Below, one piece after another: positions 8,287-18,230 of a stretch of DNA of 60,363 nt (position 1 is the stretch's first letter; each line of letters opens with the position of its first letter). The stretch is from Candidatus Hydrothermales bacterium (GTDB taxonomy: Bacteria; Hydrothermota; Hydrothermia; Hydrothermales; JAJRUZ01). Under the pieces are notes generated by a model that searched no databases, had not been told where the DNA came from, and saw only the letters and a list, made by a program, of their open reading frames with translations. Position numbers and translations under genes: made by a program. The stretch covers positions 1-60,363 of the forward strand of contig JBCNUW010000011.1 in assembly GCA_039630575.1 (NCBI GenBank), written 5' to 3'.

Positions 8287-9715
8287 AGATTAAAAAGTAA
8301 AGTATATCAATTAAATTTCCATACCTTGTATAGAAGGTTTTGTAATCAAAAATTTTTACATCTGAGACCAAAACGCCTCTTTTAAAGAGAGGAATCTCCT
8401 TTAAAACTTTTCCCTTCTCATCAACAATACAACTTATTCCACTCCTTGCTGATCTTACAATATACCTTCTGGTCTCAACTGCCCTAAAAATCGCAAGATC
8501 TCTATGTACCCTTGGACCAAGTGATTTTCCAAACCAGCCGTCACTTGTTATGTTTATAAGTAAATTTGCTCCCTTTTTAACAGCCTCTCTTGAAATCTCT
8601 GTAAAAATTGATTCAAAACAAATTGGAACAAAAACAAAAAAATCCTCGATCTTAAAAATCCTCAATTCTTTTCCTCTGAAAAAGTTACCCTGACCAAAAT
8701 CAAGTTTTCTAAGTATTGGAAAAATCTCATCAAAAGGTAAAGCTTCACCAAAAGGTGTAAGATGAGTTTTATGATAAAAGTCAACAAGATTTCCTTCCTT
8801 GTCAACTAAAAAGGCTGTATTAAATGACCTATATTTTCCCTTTACAAGTTGGGCATCGGCATTTCCAAAAATTAAATAAGAACCCGTTTTTTTTACGAAC
8901 TTGCTTACTATTTGAATAACATTAGTATCAAACCTTGCAAAAGATGGTATTGAAGATTCAGGAAATACAGATAGTAAAGTGCCCCTTACAGCAAGAGAAT
9001 CATAGATTTTTTCAGATATTTTAAACTCTTCGTCTCTGTTATAACTCAAAGGTATATTGGGCTGATAAACTGAAACAGAAACTACTTTAATAGGTCTCAA
9101 ATCTTTTTTTAGAAGAAAATACCCAAAAATCAAAGATGAAAGAATAAGAAAAAAAGAAAGGAAAATATATTTTTTCTTTGCTTTATAAATTAAAAAATTA
9201 ATTAAAACAATAAAAAAGGTAATAAAAAATGGGCCAAAAAATTCAGTTAATTGAATTAAAGGTAAATTGTTCTTTTGAGTTAAAAAAAGAACAATCCAAG
9301 GAAACCCTATATCTGTCTTTGACCTTATTATTTCAAGAATAGTATAAATCAACGGAATCAAAACATAAGAGAATTTTTCTTTAATAAATTTTTTGAAAAA
9401 AAAAGTAAATAAACCAAAATAAATTCCATGACCAATAAAAATTAAAAATACACCAACTGTTATCCAGAAATAAGCTTCTTTTTCTATCTCTCTTAAATTA
9501 AAGATCCAGTTTAACTGAAAGAAAGAAAAAATTGTTCCAAAGATAAAACCTGTTAAAAAAGCTTTTTTTATATTTTCAGTTAATATAAAAATAGGGACAA
9601 AAGCAATGAAGGCAAAGGGGAAAAAATAAAAGGGAGGAAAGGAAATAAGTAATAAAAAAAGAGAGAGAAAAAAAAGAAAAAAATTTTTAAACTTTAATTT
9701 TTTCAATAATTTCAA
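8219..9715 (-). CDS. lnt: Apolipoprotein N-acyltransferase
   Basis: Multi-TM N-terminus, GFPW, QPNI, catalytic E/K/C in FPES, YHKTHL.PFGE, ICFES; RAVETRR. Start codon uncertain. Confidence 0.93.
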   Translation of the reverse strand: MKLLKKLKFKNFFLFFLSLFLLLISFPPFYFFPFAFIAFVPIFILTENIKKAFLTGFIFGTIFSFFQLNWIFNLREIEKEAYFWITVGVFLIFIGHGIYFGLFTFFFKKFIKEKFSYVLIPLIYTILEIIRSKTDIGFPWIVLFLTQKNNLPLIQLTEFFGPFFITFFIVLINFLIYKAKKKYIFLSFFLILSSLIFGYFLLKKDLRPIKVVSVSVYQPNIPLSYNRDEEFKISEKIYDSLAVRGTLLSVFPESSIPSFARFDTNVIQIVSKFVKKTGSYLIFGNADAQLVKGKYRSFNTAFLVDKEGNLVDFYHKTHLTPFGEALPFDEIFPILRKLDFGQGNFFRGKELRIFKIEDFFVFVPICFESIFTEISREAVKKGANLLINITSDGWFGKSLGPRVHRDLAIFRAVETRRYIVRSARSGISCIVDEKGKVLKEIPLFKRGVLVSDVKIFDYKTFYTRYGNLIDILYFLIFIFLIILMKFQKFFHDQRVKGT

Positions 9716-10670
9716 GAATCTTTATTCCATCATCAATTTTAAACCTTGGATTTTCAACTTTGTTTATTGAATTAACAAAATTCTCAAGTAATAAATCAAA
9801 GGAAAGCCTATAGAAACTTTTTTCTTCAGTAATCCTAGGTGTTATATCTATCAGATGACCAAAGTGTTTCTGAACAATTCTGAAAGGTGTAAGATAGGCA
9901 TTCCCCTTTTCACAATAAATCTCAATCTGGAATCTGTCACTATCTATAAAGGGATCCCACAAAACTTCTATAAAAACACTTAAATTATTCTTAAGATCCA
10001 AGTAAAGGGTACCCTCCCATTCAATTCCTGTGCTTTCATTTTTTCTAAAAAATTTAAGGAAATTTGTTGGTTCTGTCTTAAAATAAAAATAATATATTTC
10101 AAAAATATGAATAAGCACAGAATGATAAATTGAGCCAGCATAATTTGGATCCTGTAACCAGTAAGGTCCTGAGAATTCAATTCTTTTTCTTCTTCTTATA
10201 AACTTTGTATGTATTATATCTCCAAGAACTTTCTTCTCAAAGACAATCTCTTTAATTTTTAATATATCTGGCCTAAAAGAATAATTCATAGCAGGCATAT
10301 ATATCCTGTTTGTATCACTAATTTTTTTCTTTAACTCCAAAGCCTCCTCAAGTTTCAATGAAACTGGAAGTTCACAGAGAGTATGTTTTCCATAAGTGAT
10401 GGACGCAAGTGACATAGGATAGTGAAGATGGTTAGGTGTAGTTATTATAACTGCATCTACATTCTTATCTGACAGTAAATCTTCAAAATCAGTATAAATT
10501 ACCTCTGCACCATGAATTTCTTTCGCCTTATATAATTTTGCTTCATCTAAATCACATAAAGCATAGAGATTTATCCTCTCTTTTAATCTCTTTATTGAAG
10601 GTATATAACCTGTCTGTGCTATATGACCAACACCAATTATCCCAACGTTTATCCTTTTACCCTCTTCCAC
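9687..10670 (-). CDS. Gfo/Idh/MocA family oxidoreductase
   Basis: VGIIGVG.IA, DAVIITTPNHLH, GKHTLCELP (EKP motif altered to ELP). Confidence 0.88.
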   Translation of the reverse strand: MEEGKRINVGIIGVGHIAQTGYIPSIKRLKERINLYALCDLDEAKLYKAKEIHGAEVIYTDFEDLLSDKNVDAVIITTPNHLHYPMSLASITYGKHTLCELPVSLKLEEALELKKKISDTNRIYMPAMNYSFRPDILKIKEIVFEKKVLGDIIHTKFIRRRKRIEFSGPYWLQDPNYAGSIYHSVLIHIFEIYYFYFKTEPTNFLKFFRKNESTGIEWEGTLYLDLKNNLSVFIEVLWDPFIDSDRFQIEIYCEKGNAYLTPFRIVQKHFGHLIDITPRITEEKSFYRLSFDLLLENFVNSINKVENPRFKIDDGIKILEIIEKIKV

Positions 10671-12663
10671 CCCTTATCTCCTCCTCGATCATTTTAATTT
10701 TATCAGAAATAACTCTGCACTCGTTGATTCCACTCTCTATCTTTTTAATATAGGAATTGATCTCTTTAAGATCCTCAATAAGTTCCTTCATTCTCTGTGT
10801 GCCCGATTCAGCCTCCTGTAACTCCTCACCAATCAACCTTATAACCTCTGAAAGTTTTGTTACTGAACTTTCAAAAAAAAGCGGCATATTCTCAATCTTG
10901 GGTAAAAGCTCAACAGTATTAGTAAGTACTTCTCTTTCTCTTTTTTCAGATTCTAAAAATCTTTCAAAACTTTTTTCAAGTAAACTTTCATACTCACCTA
11001 TATAACTCCTTGTATTTTCAAGTATTTCACTAAATGAAACAAATTCCTGAGTTAGTCTACTTATAACATTTTCAACAGATTGCGCAAGACTACCTATCTC
11101 TCCGGCAATGATTGAAAAACCTCTTGCTTCTTCTCCTAATCTAGTTGCTTCAATGGACGCATTAAGTGAAAGAAGTCTTGTTTTACTTGCATAATCCTTC
11201 ATAAATTCAACAAAACCGTGAATCTTTTCTATAAGGGAAATTGAAGATAGAATATTTTCTTTTAATTTCCTGAACTCTCCTTTTAACCTATCCATACTTT
11301 CCTCTACGTTTTTCAGGGAAAAAAGAATAGTTTGAATCTGAGGTCTTTTTCCTCTGAAAAAAGAAGCAAAAAAAGAAATTTCATCTTTTGCTTTCTCAAA
11401 TTCCTGTGCTATAAGCTCAAGAATATCAAAATTTTTCCTTATTTTTTCAGAAATATCACTGAAGGATCCTTCAGTTTGAGAAAGAGAAAAATTAAATTTT
11501 GTAACATGAGAAGTGAACTTGTTAAGAATCTCACACACTGTTTTTGTTTTACTTACAATATCTTCGGAAAGATGGGGAAGTTCCTGAATATAAAGATAAA
11601 TCAAAATTATCCTTGCTACCAAGTTAGAAACCATAATGAATCTTTCTCTATCATCTTCTGAAAAATTGTCTTCAATCTTTGATTCAAAAGAAAGTAAACC
11701 ACTCAATTTTTTATCCTTGTAAAAAGAAATCAAAAATACAGATAAAGTATTAGGGGAAAAAAACTCATACTTTTTTTCAATTTTCTTTATGTAGACTTTT
11801 TCGTTTACACCAACCATATCAAGAATACCTGTTGAGAAAGTCTTCTCCAAATACTCCTTCTCATCTGCATAGGCACATTTAATTTTTCCATCTTCTTTTA
11901 CAAAAATTTTCATGTGATCAAAATCAATATATTCCTTCAAGAGATTAAACATATTACTGAAAAATTTTTCCATTGAAAAATCTTGTGTAACAAGTGCCTC
12001 TGTGCGATATAGAATTGAGAGTTTATCTAAATTAAGATAATCTCTGAGAACCAATATACTCATAAATATAAGCGGCAAAAGAAATATTATCCCCCAAAAA
12101 TTTTTATTTTTTATAAGATCATAAAACAAAAAAATAAAAACCATGTAAAAAAATATAAGTCCCACCTCTTTTGCTAAAGTATATAAATGAATTTTTAAAT
12201 TTACTTTTTTTCTAATAAAAATAGGTAAATAGAAAAAGATAGGATATAAAAGTGGAGAAACAACTAAAAAAATTAAAATATTTACCCTTTCTGTAGGAAG
12301 TTCTATATACCTTATTAAACTTAAAAAAAGGGCACCTGAAAGGTAAGAAAGAGAGGTGTGAACGATATTTAAAAATCTATCTTTAAGAATAAAAAGACCA
12401 AATAGAAAAACTCCAAAAAAGGAAGCTAATGATCCTGAAATAGGGGAGATATAAGAAGAAAAAGCAGCAGCCACAGGACAAAATGTAAAGAAATAAAAAT
12501 GCCTCAATGGAAATCTAAAAAACCTCAATAAAAATACTGCAAAAAAAGTAATTAAGAAAATAGGTAAAGAAAAAACACTCTCTCCCTTAATACTTAAAAG
12601 ATAAGAGTGTAAAATTAAAAGAAAAATTGTAAGTCCAAAATAAAGGTAAATATAAAAAACCAT
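10657..12663 (-). CDS. Multi-TM, GAF-containing methyl-accepting chemotaxis-like protein
   Basis: About 6-7 hydrophobic segments, GAF-like SVFLISF...GLLSFESK...FSEDD, MCP tip TRLLSLNASIEATRLGEEARGFSIIAGEIGSLA. Confidence 0.78.
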   Translation of the reverse strand: MVFYIYLYFGLTIFLLILHSYLLSIKGESVFSLPIFLITFFAVFLLRFFRFPLRHFYFFTFCPVAAAFSSYISPISGSLASFFGVFLFGLFILKDRFLNIVHTSLSYLSGALFLSLIRYIELPTERVNILIFLVVSPLLYPIFFYLPIFIRKKVNLKIHLYTLAKEVGLIFFYMVFIFLFYDLIKNKNFWGIIFLLPLIFMSILVLRDYLNLDKLSILYRTEALVTQDFSMEKFFSNMFNLLKEYIDFDHMKIFVKEDGKIKCAYADEKEYLEKTFSTGILDMVGVNEKVYIKKIEKKYEFFSPNTLSVFLISFYKDKKLSGLLSFESKIEDNFSEDDRERFIMVSNLVARIILIYLYIQELPHLSEDIVSKTKTVCEILNKFTSHVTKFNFSLSQTEGSFSDISEKIRKNFDILELIAQEFEKAKDEISFFASFFRGKRPQIQTILFSLKNVEESMDRLKGEFRKLKENILSSISLIEKIHGFVEFMKDYASKTRLLSLNASIEATRLGEEARGFSIIAGEIGSLAQSVENVISRLTQEFVSFSEILENTRSYIGEYESLLEKSFERFLESEKREREVLTNTVELLPKIENMPLFFESSVTKLSEVIRLIGEELQEAESGTQRMKELIEDLKEINSYIKKIESGINECRVISDKIKMIEEEIRGGRG

Positions 12664-12707
12664 AGTTTATTTTAAAACATTTACATTAAAGTTTTCTATA
12701 AATAAAC

Positions 12708-13775
12708 TTATTCTGTAAGTTTAAGTAAGGTGCTGTACTCTTCTTCATTCTTAACAAAAAGACCTATGTTTCCAAGTCTTACGTTCCTTAATCCGACCTC
12801 CTTCACAGTTCTGTAAGCTTTAAGCATTTCATCTAAATTAGGGCTTCTTAGATTTTTTAATCTATACGCTCCGAAAAAAGCTAAAATGGTAAAAGGAATA
12901 TTTGGCTCTAACTTTACAAGATGTTCGGCAATTTTTTTTATCTCATCAACTTCAACCCATCCAGGTATATACAAAGTTAAAACTTCAAGAGTAAAGCCTC
13001 TTTTTAAAATTTCTTCTGGAAGTTTCAATATTAAATCATTATCACAACCTGTAAGTTTTCTGTGTATTTCATTTTTAAAAGCTTTAATATCAAGCCAAAA
13101 TGAATCAATTCCAGAATCTTTATATAAATCCAAATTTCTTGGTGTTAAACCATAACCATTTGTTTCGAATAAAACCCATAGATTTAAATTTAATTCTTTT
13201 ATCTTACTTGCTGTTTGTAAATACCATTCAGGATTACAAGCAATGTCTCCTCCAGTAAAAGCTACAATGTTCCTCGCAGGTCCAAAACCTTGAGGAGATA
13301 AAAGAATCTGTTCTTTTCTTAACTTCCCTGGACAAATGGAAGACCTTTTTCCCTCTAATACACACAACCCACAATTTCTACAAAGGTCATCAGAATGAAA
13401 AGCCGTTGCCCTCTCCTTTGGCTCATTCACAGTTACTATCTTTGCATAATCTTTAACAATTTCAACAATATCTATAGGTGACATCCATTCACCGTTTTTA
13501 AATTGAGTAAATTCCCAGGAATGGCATTTTAAGCAAGAAAAGTTACAACCTGATTGATAAATTGAAAGATAATCCTCAGGACGAGAAAGCTGAATAGATT
13601 TTAAAAGACGATAGGGTTTATCATTCTCCCATTTCAAAGTTACTTTACAGGCTGTGTCTTGAAGATAACCTGGAGTGTAAAGGGTATCAGGTTTATAAAA
13701 GGTTAAGCAACTTCCCCTTTTATACCCTTGTTCAATCATTTTGCAATTAGTAATTTCAATTTTTTCACTTTTCAT
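12708..13775 (-). CDS. Radical SAM protein (PFL-activating-enzyme-like)
   Basis: GCNFSCLKCH, AFTGGD, ETNGY, LDIKA. Confidence 0.88.
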   Translation of the reverse strand: MKSEKIEITNCKMIEQGYKRGSCLTFYKPDTLYTPGYLQDTACKVTLKWENDKPYRLLKSIQLSRPEDYLSIYQSGCNFSCLKCHSWEFTQFKNGEWMSPIDIVEIVKDYAKIVTVNEPKERATAFHSDDLCRNCGLCVLEGKRSSICPGKLRKEQILLSPQGFGPARNIVAFTGGDIACNPEWYLQTASKIKELNLNLWVLFETNGYGLTPRNLDLYKDSGIDSFWLDIKAFKNEIHRKLTGCDNDLILKLPEEILKRGFTLEVLTLYIPGWVEVDEIKKIAEHLVKLEPNIPFTILAFFGAYRLKNLRSPNLDEMLKAYRTVKEVGLRNVRLGNIGLFVKNEEEYSTLLKLTE

Positions 13776-13781
13776 TAAGAT

Positions 13782-15827
13782 TTACTTAAAAGACTTTCCG
13801 CAGGAAGGACATCTGTAAAAAGGTTTTCTCTTTTTTGTAATTTTAAAAGAATAAGAAAATGAACAGTGAGGACATATTCTCTCCTCAGGCTTGTGTGGTG
13901 AAGCAAAATCACAATCTGGATATCTTGAGCAACCATAAAAAAATTTTTTTCCTTTTCTTTTTACTAAGTAACCTTCTTTACACTTTGGGCATAAAAATTC
14001 TTCTTGAACTAAATCTTTCTTATAATCGCATTTTGGAAAATTAGAACAAGACATAAACTTACCGTATTTTCCCCATTTTATAAAAATTTTACTACCACAC
14101 TTAGGACAGATTTCTTCTGTTTCTTCCTGGAGATAAGTTTTCTTTAAAGTTAAAAAATCACCTTCAATCTTATTTATTATCTTACTAAACTCATCCCAGA
14201 ATATCTCAAGAAACTTATTTCTTTCTAAGTTACCCTCTTCAATTTCATCAAGGAAATCTTCCATTTTCTTTGTAAACTCAACGTTGAATATCTCTGGAAA
14301 CTCAGCTACAAGAATATCACAAACTTTTTTACCCAATTCAGTGGGGAAGAGCAATTTCCCAATTTTCTCTACATAATTTCTCTGATATAAAATTTCAATT
14401 ATAGGAGCATAGGTAGAGGGTCTTCCAATACCCAATTTTTCAAGGGTTTTAACAAGGTCTGCTTCAGTATACCTTGGAGGTGGTTGGGTTTGCTTTTCAA
14501 CTATTTCGACATCTTTTAATTTAAGTATCTCACCTTCTAAAATATCTGGAATTTCAATTTCCTCTAATTCCTTTCCAAGAATTCTCATGAAACCATCAAA
14601 AATTAACTTTTTACCTTGTATCTCTCCCTCTATATCCTCGGTACTGAAAATTACTTTTTTATCTTCAATTTTCGCATTTTCAGAAAAAGCTGAAAGTGTT
14701 CTAAAATAAATCATTTCATATAGTTTAAGTTCATCCTCTTTTAAATAATCTTTAAGATCTTCTGGTATTAAACTTATCTTTGTAGGTCTAATACATTCGT
14801 GAGCACCTTGAATTCTTTTACTTTCTTTAAACTTTCTTTCTTTACTCCTTACATATTCTTCACCAAAGAGTTCCTTTATCTTTGATTTAATTTCAGGTAT
14901 TACCTTTTCACTTATCCTTACAGAATCTGTTCTATGGTAGGTTATAAGACCCATTCTTCCCTCAGGTGTTTCTAAACCTTCAAAGAGCATCTGGGCAATT
15001 CTCATGGTTTTTCCTGGTGAGAAAGAAAGGATCTTAGAGGCTGACTCCTGTAAAGTAGAGGTCTTAAAGGGTTCTGGTGGTGTTTTTTCTCTGATTTTTG
15101 TTTTAATTTCTAAAACTTTAATTAAAGAGTTAAATATTTTTTCTTTTATTTCTTCAGCAAGAGTTTTATCTTCTATTTTAGTTACATCTTGACCTTTATA
15201 TTTTTTAACTTCACCCTTAAACTCTTTTCCATCCTTTATAAAAATAACTGATACAGTAAAATACTTTTGAGGTATAAAATTTTGTATTTCCATTTCTCTT
15301 TCTACTATGATTCTTAATGCAACAGTTTGAACTCTTCCGGCTGATAATCCTCTTTTTATCAATTTCCAGAGAATAGGAGAAACTTTATAACCTACTATTC
15401 TGTCCAGAATTCTTCGTGAAAATTGTGATTCAACTTTATTTAAATTTATTTCGGTAGGGTTTTCAATAGCTTTTCTTATCTCATCCTCAGTTATCTCATA
15501 GAATAAAACTCTTTTGGCATCGTCTCTTTTTACCTCCTCTTTAATATGAAAGCATATAGCTTCGCCTTCCCTATCAGGATCACAGCCAAGTAAAATTCTT
15601 TCTGCATTTTCTGTTTCTTTCTTTAGTTTTTCAATTATTTTTTTCTTTTCCTCTATTATTACAAATTTAGGTTCAAAACCCTTTTCTATATTAACACCAA
15701 AATCATCTTCTGGTAAATCTTTAATATGACCATATGAGGCAAGGACTTTAAATTCACCTTTAAGATATTTTTCTATGGTTTTAGCTTTTGAGGGAGACTC
15801 TACTATAAGAACCTTTTTACCCTTCAT
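13782..15827 (-). CDS. topA: DNA topoisomerase I
   Basis: IVESPSKAKTI, DPDREGE, SAGRVQ, ITYHRTD, GIGRPSTY, C-terminal Zn ribbons. Confidence 0.97.
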   Translation of the reverse strand: MKGKKVLIVESPSKAKTIEKYLKGEFKVLASYGHIKDLPEDDFGVNIEKGFEPKFVIIEEKKKIIEKLKKETENAERILLGCDPDREGEAICFHIKEEVKRDDAKRVLFYEITEDEIRKAIENPTEINLNKVESQFSRRILDRIVGYKVSPILWKLIKRGLSAGRVQTVALRIIVEREMEIQNFIPQKYFTVSVIFIKDGKEFKGEVKKYKGQDVTKIEDKTLAEEIKEKIFNSLIKVLEIKTKIREKTPPEPFKTSTLQESASKILSFSPGKTMRIAQMLFEGLETPEGRMGLITYHRTDSVRISEKVIPEIKSKIKELFGEEYVRSKERKFKESKRIQGAHECIRPTKISLIPEDLKDYLKEDELKLYEMIYFRTLSAFSENAKIEDKKVIFSTEDIEGEIQGKKLIFDGFMRILGKELEEIEIPDILEGEILKLKDVEIVEKQTQPPPRYTEADLVKTLEKLGIGRPSTYAPIIEILYQRNYVEKIGKLLFPTELGKKVCDILVAEFPEIFNVEFTKKMEDFLDEIEEGNLERNKFLEIFWDEFSKIINKIEGDFLTLKKTYLQEETEEICPKCGSKIFIKWGKYGKFMSCSNFPKCDYKKDLVQEEFLCPKCKEGYLVKRKGKKFFYGCSRYPDCDFASPHKPEERICPHCSFSYSFKITKKRKPFYRCPSCGKSFK

Positions 15828-17089
15828 TTAGTTTTTAAAAGAAAAAATAAAGTCATTAAAAGTAAAATTAAACCGTTAACGAATATTATTTTGGAAACGT
15901 AAATATACTCAGCAAGTATACCAAAAATATAGGACAAAATAAGAAATAAACTGTTTACAAGTAATTCTTTGCTTGCAAAAATTCTGCCCCTTAATTCTTT
16001 AGGCACATTTTCATGCAAAAGTGTATCTTGAAAAATTGTAACAGATGAAAGTATAAATCCACCGAAAAAGGAAAAAATCCCGATATAAAGAAATCTTTTC
16101 AAAAAAGAGAAAAAGATTAACAAAAAGGAAAGTAAAATAAAAGAGTATTTAATAACAGCTTTTCTATCCCATTTATCACCAAAGGAACCTAACAAAAAAG
16201 CACCTGAAACCATACCAAGAGCTGTTAATGCTCCAAGTTTTCCAACACCTGTAGTTCCATATCCGAGGAATTGTTGAACCAAGATTACAATTAATACATA
16301 GACATTAGCTCCAATAAAAACAAGGAAAAAGAGGGAAAAAAGTACAAATGAAACATTTTTATCCTTTAAAATTAAATGTAGGGCATCTTTTAGATCAGCT
16401 ATAGCCTTTTGGAAATAATTCTTTTCTTCCTCAATTATTAATTTTTTAAGATCCTCTTTTTTTATTTTTCTTTCATCAGGTATTGTGATAAAAATTAAAA
16501 GTAAACCTGAAATTATAAAAGTTAGGGCGTCTAAGTAAAAACCAGCTTGCCAACCCTCAATACCAAAATTTTTCCATATTTCCCAATCAACTATTAACCC
16601 TCCCACAAAAAGACCTAAAACAGTAGCAAGCCTTCCCGCTAAAGTTGCAAGAGAATTTGCTGCCAAAATTTCATCCTTAGACTTAAGCAAACTGGGAACG
16701 ATTGCCATTTTTGTAGCATTGTAAAGAACACCTATTAAAAAAACAAAAAAAACAATTATATACATTGGAAATATATGTCTAAAAAATAAAACAGTTAAAG
16801 GGATCATAAAAACAAGAAAACCTCTTAAAAAATCACCTAACACAAGAATGACTTTTCTATTCATCCTATCGGCTATTATTCCTGCAATCGGACCAAATAT
16901 TACCCCGGGTATTGTGAAAAAGAAGGCAAGATGAGAAAAGGCAACTGAATGTCCAAAAGCTCTAGCCTTCAAAAGAGCTATCAAAGAGATATGATCTAGT
17001 TTGTCCCCAATAAGGGAAATTGTCTGTGCGAAAGAGTATAAAAGGAAGTTTCTATTTCTTATAACCTTTGTTATTCCTTTATTTTTCAA
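15824..17089 (-). CDS. MFS transporter
   Basis: About 12 TM helices, motif A GIIADRMNRK, ELRGRIFA. Confidence 0.9.
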   Translation of the reverse strand: MKNKGITKVIRNRNFLLYSFAQTISLIGDKLDHISLIALLKARAFGHSVAFSHLAFFFTIPGVIFGPIAGIIADRMNRKVILVLGDFLRGFLVFMIPLTVLFFRHIFPMYIIVFFVFLIGVLYNATKMAIVPSLLKSKDEILAANSLATLAGRLATVLGLFVGGLIVDWEIWKNFGIEGWQAGFYLDALTFIISGLLLIFITIPDERKIKKEDLKKLIIEEEKNYFQKAIADLKDALHLILKDKNVSFVLFSLFFLVFIGANVYVLIVILVQQFLGYGTTGVGKLGALTALGMVSGAFLLGSFGDKWDRKAVIKYSFILLSFLLIFFSFLKRFLYIGIFSFFGGFILSSVTIFQDTLLHENVPKELRGRIFASKELLVNSLFLILSYIFGILAEYIYVSKIIFVNGLILLLMTLFFLLKTK

Positions 17090-18230
17090 TTTTTACACTT
17101 TCCTTAACTTCAAAATAGTAAGACTCAACTTCATCAACAATTTTATTCCATGAAAATTTTTCAACCGCTTTTTTTCTTCCATTTTCTCCCATTTTTACTC
17201 TTAAATTTTCATTTTTTAAAAGATAAATAATTTTATCAGCTAACATTTCTGGACTTTCAGGCTTAACAAGAAAACCTTCTTTACCATCTTCAAGCACAAA
17301 CCTATAACCCTCTATATCTGAAGCTACAACAGGAACTGAAGAAGCCATAGCCTCAAGAAGAACAATACCGAAAGATTCGTACCCTATGGCAGGGGAGCAA
17401 AAAACATGGGAGCTAGCATAAATTTTTGGCAGCTCTTCAAAAGAAATTCTTCCCAAAAAAGTAACATTATCCTTCAAATAAAACTTAGATTTTTGCTTTT
17501 CTATACCGAAGAGAGGGCCTGTTCCAACTGCTACAAGATGAGCATCCTTTACTTCTTTTATTACCTTACAAAAGGCTTTTCTTAAGTATTTAAACCCCTT
17601 TCTTTTTTCAAATCTACCAACAAAGAGAACAATTTTTTTACCTTTTGGTATTAGAGAAGAAGAATCCTTTTTTGAAGGGTTAAATCTATCAACATCAACA
17701 CCATTAGGAATTATTCTGTATTCACCACCAAAATGCCTTTTGATTGAATCTCTTGCACTTGGAGAAACAGCTATTTTACCATGGATTTTATCAAAAACTT
17801 TTACCAAATATCCCTTAAATAATTCATATAACCTTGAGGGATCATGTGTTGCATGGAATGTAGAAAAGTTATGAGTGTTTGAATATTTAAGTGAGTAATA
17901 GGGCATAAATGGAGCAATTGGACCATGTGTATGGATAATATCAAAATTACCATTAAGGATTATATCTTTTACTTTTTTACTTCCTCTTGCGGTAAGGGTT
18001 ATTCTGCCAACTGATTTATTAAAAAAAATAGGAATTGCTCTTCCTATTCTGATTACATTTTCTTCATCTTTATAGTCAGGAAAATTATTTTTACTGTAAC
18101 CACTTGTTATGATATAAACTTCATGTCCTCTTCTTTCAAGTTCTCTTCTTAAGTGGTATATATGTTCTGATATGCCTCCTAAATAGGGATAGTATATATC
18201 GGAGGCAATTAGAATTTTAAGTTTTTTCAT
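17079..18230 (-). CDS. GT4 glycosyltransferase (PimA-like)
   Basis: GGISEH, IIPNGVD, FVGRFEKRKG, ESFGIVLLEAMA. Confidence 0.9.
   Translation of the reverse strand: MKKLKILIASDIYYPYLGGISEHIYHLRRELERRGHEVYIITSGYSKNNFPDYKDEENVIRIGRAIPIFFNKSVGRITLTARGSKKVKDIILNGNFDIIHTHGPIAPFMPYYSLKYSNTHNFSTFHATHDPSRLYELFKGYLVKVFDKIHGKIAVSPSARDSIKRHFGGEYRIIPNGVDVDRFNPSKKDSSSLIPKGKKIVLFVGRFEKRKGFKYLRKAFCKVIKEVKDAHLVAVGTGPLFGIEKQKSKFYLKDNVTFLGRISFEELPKIYASSHVFCSPAIGYESFGIVLLEAMASSVPVVASDIEGYRFVLEDGKEGFLVKPESPEMLADKIIYLLKNENLRVKMGENGRKKAVEKFSWNKIVDEVESYYFEVKESVKIEK

Noticed and set aside
15670..15680. GGTTCAAAACC T-loop-like match inside topA
   Set aside because: Antisense, within coding sequence (GFEP codons), 2-bp stem and purine at the last loop position; treated as chance background.
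13782..15827. ITYHRTD active site, reminiscent of reverse gyrase
   Set aside because: No helicase domain; length and Zn ribbons match ordinary TopA.
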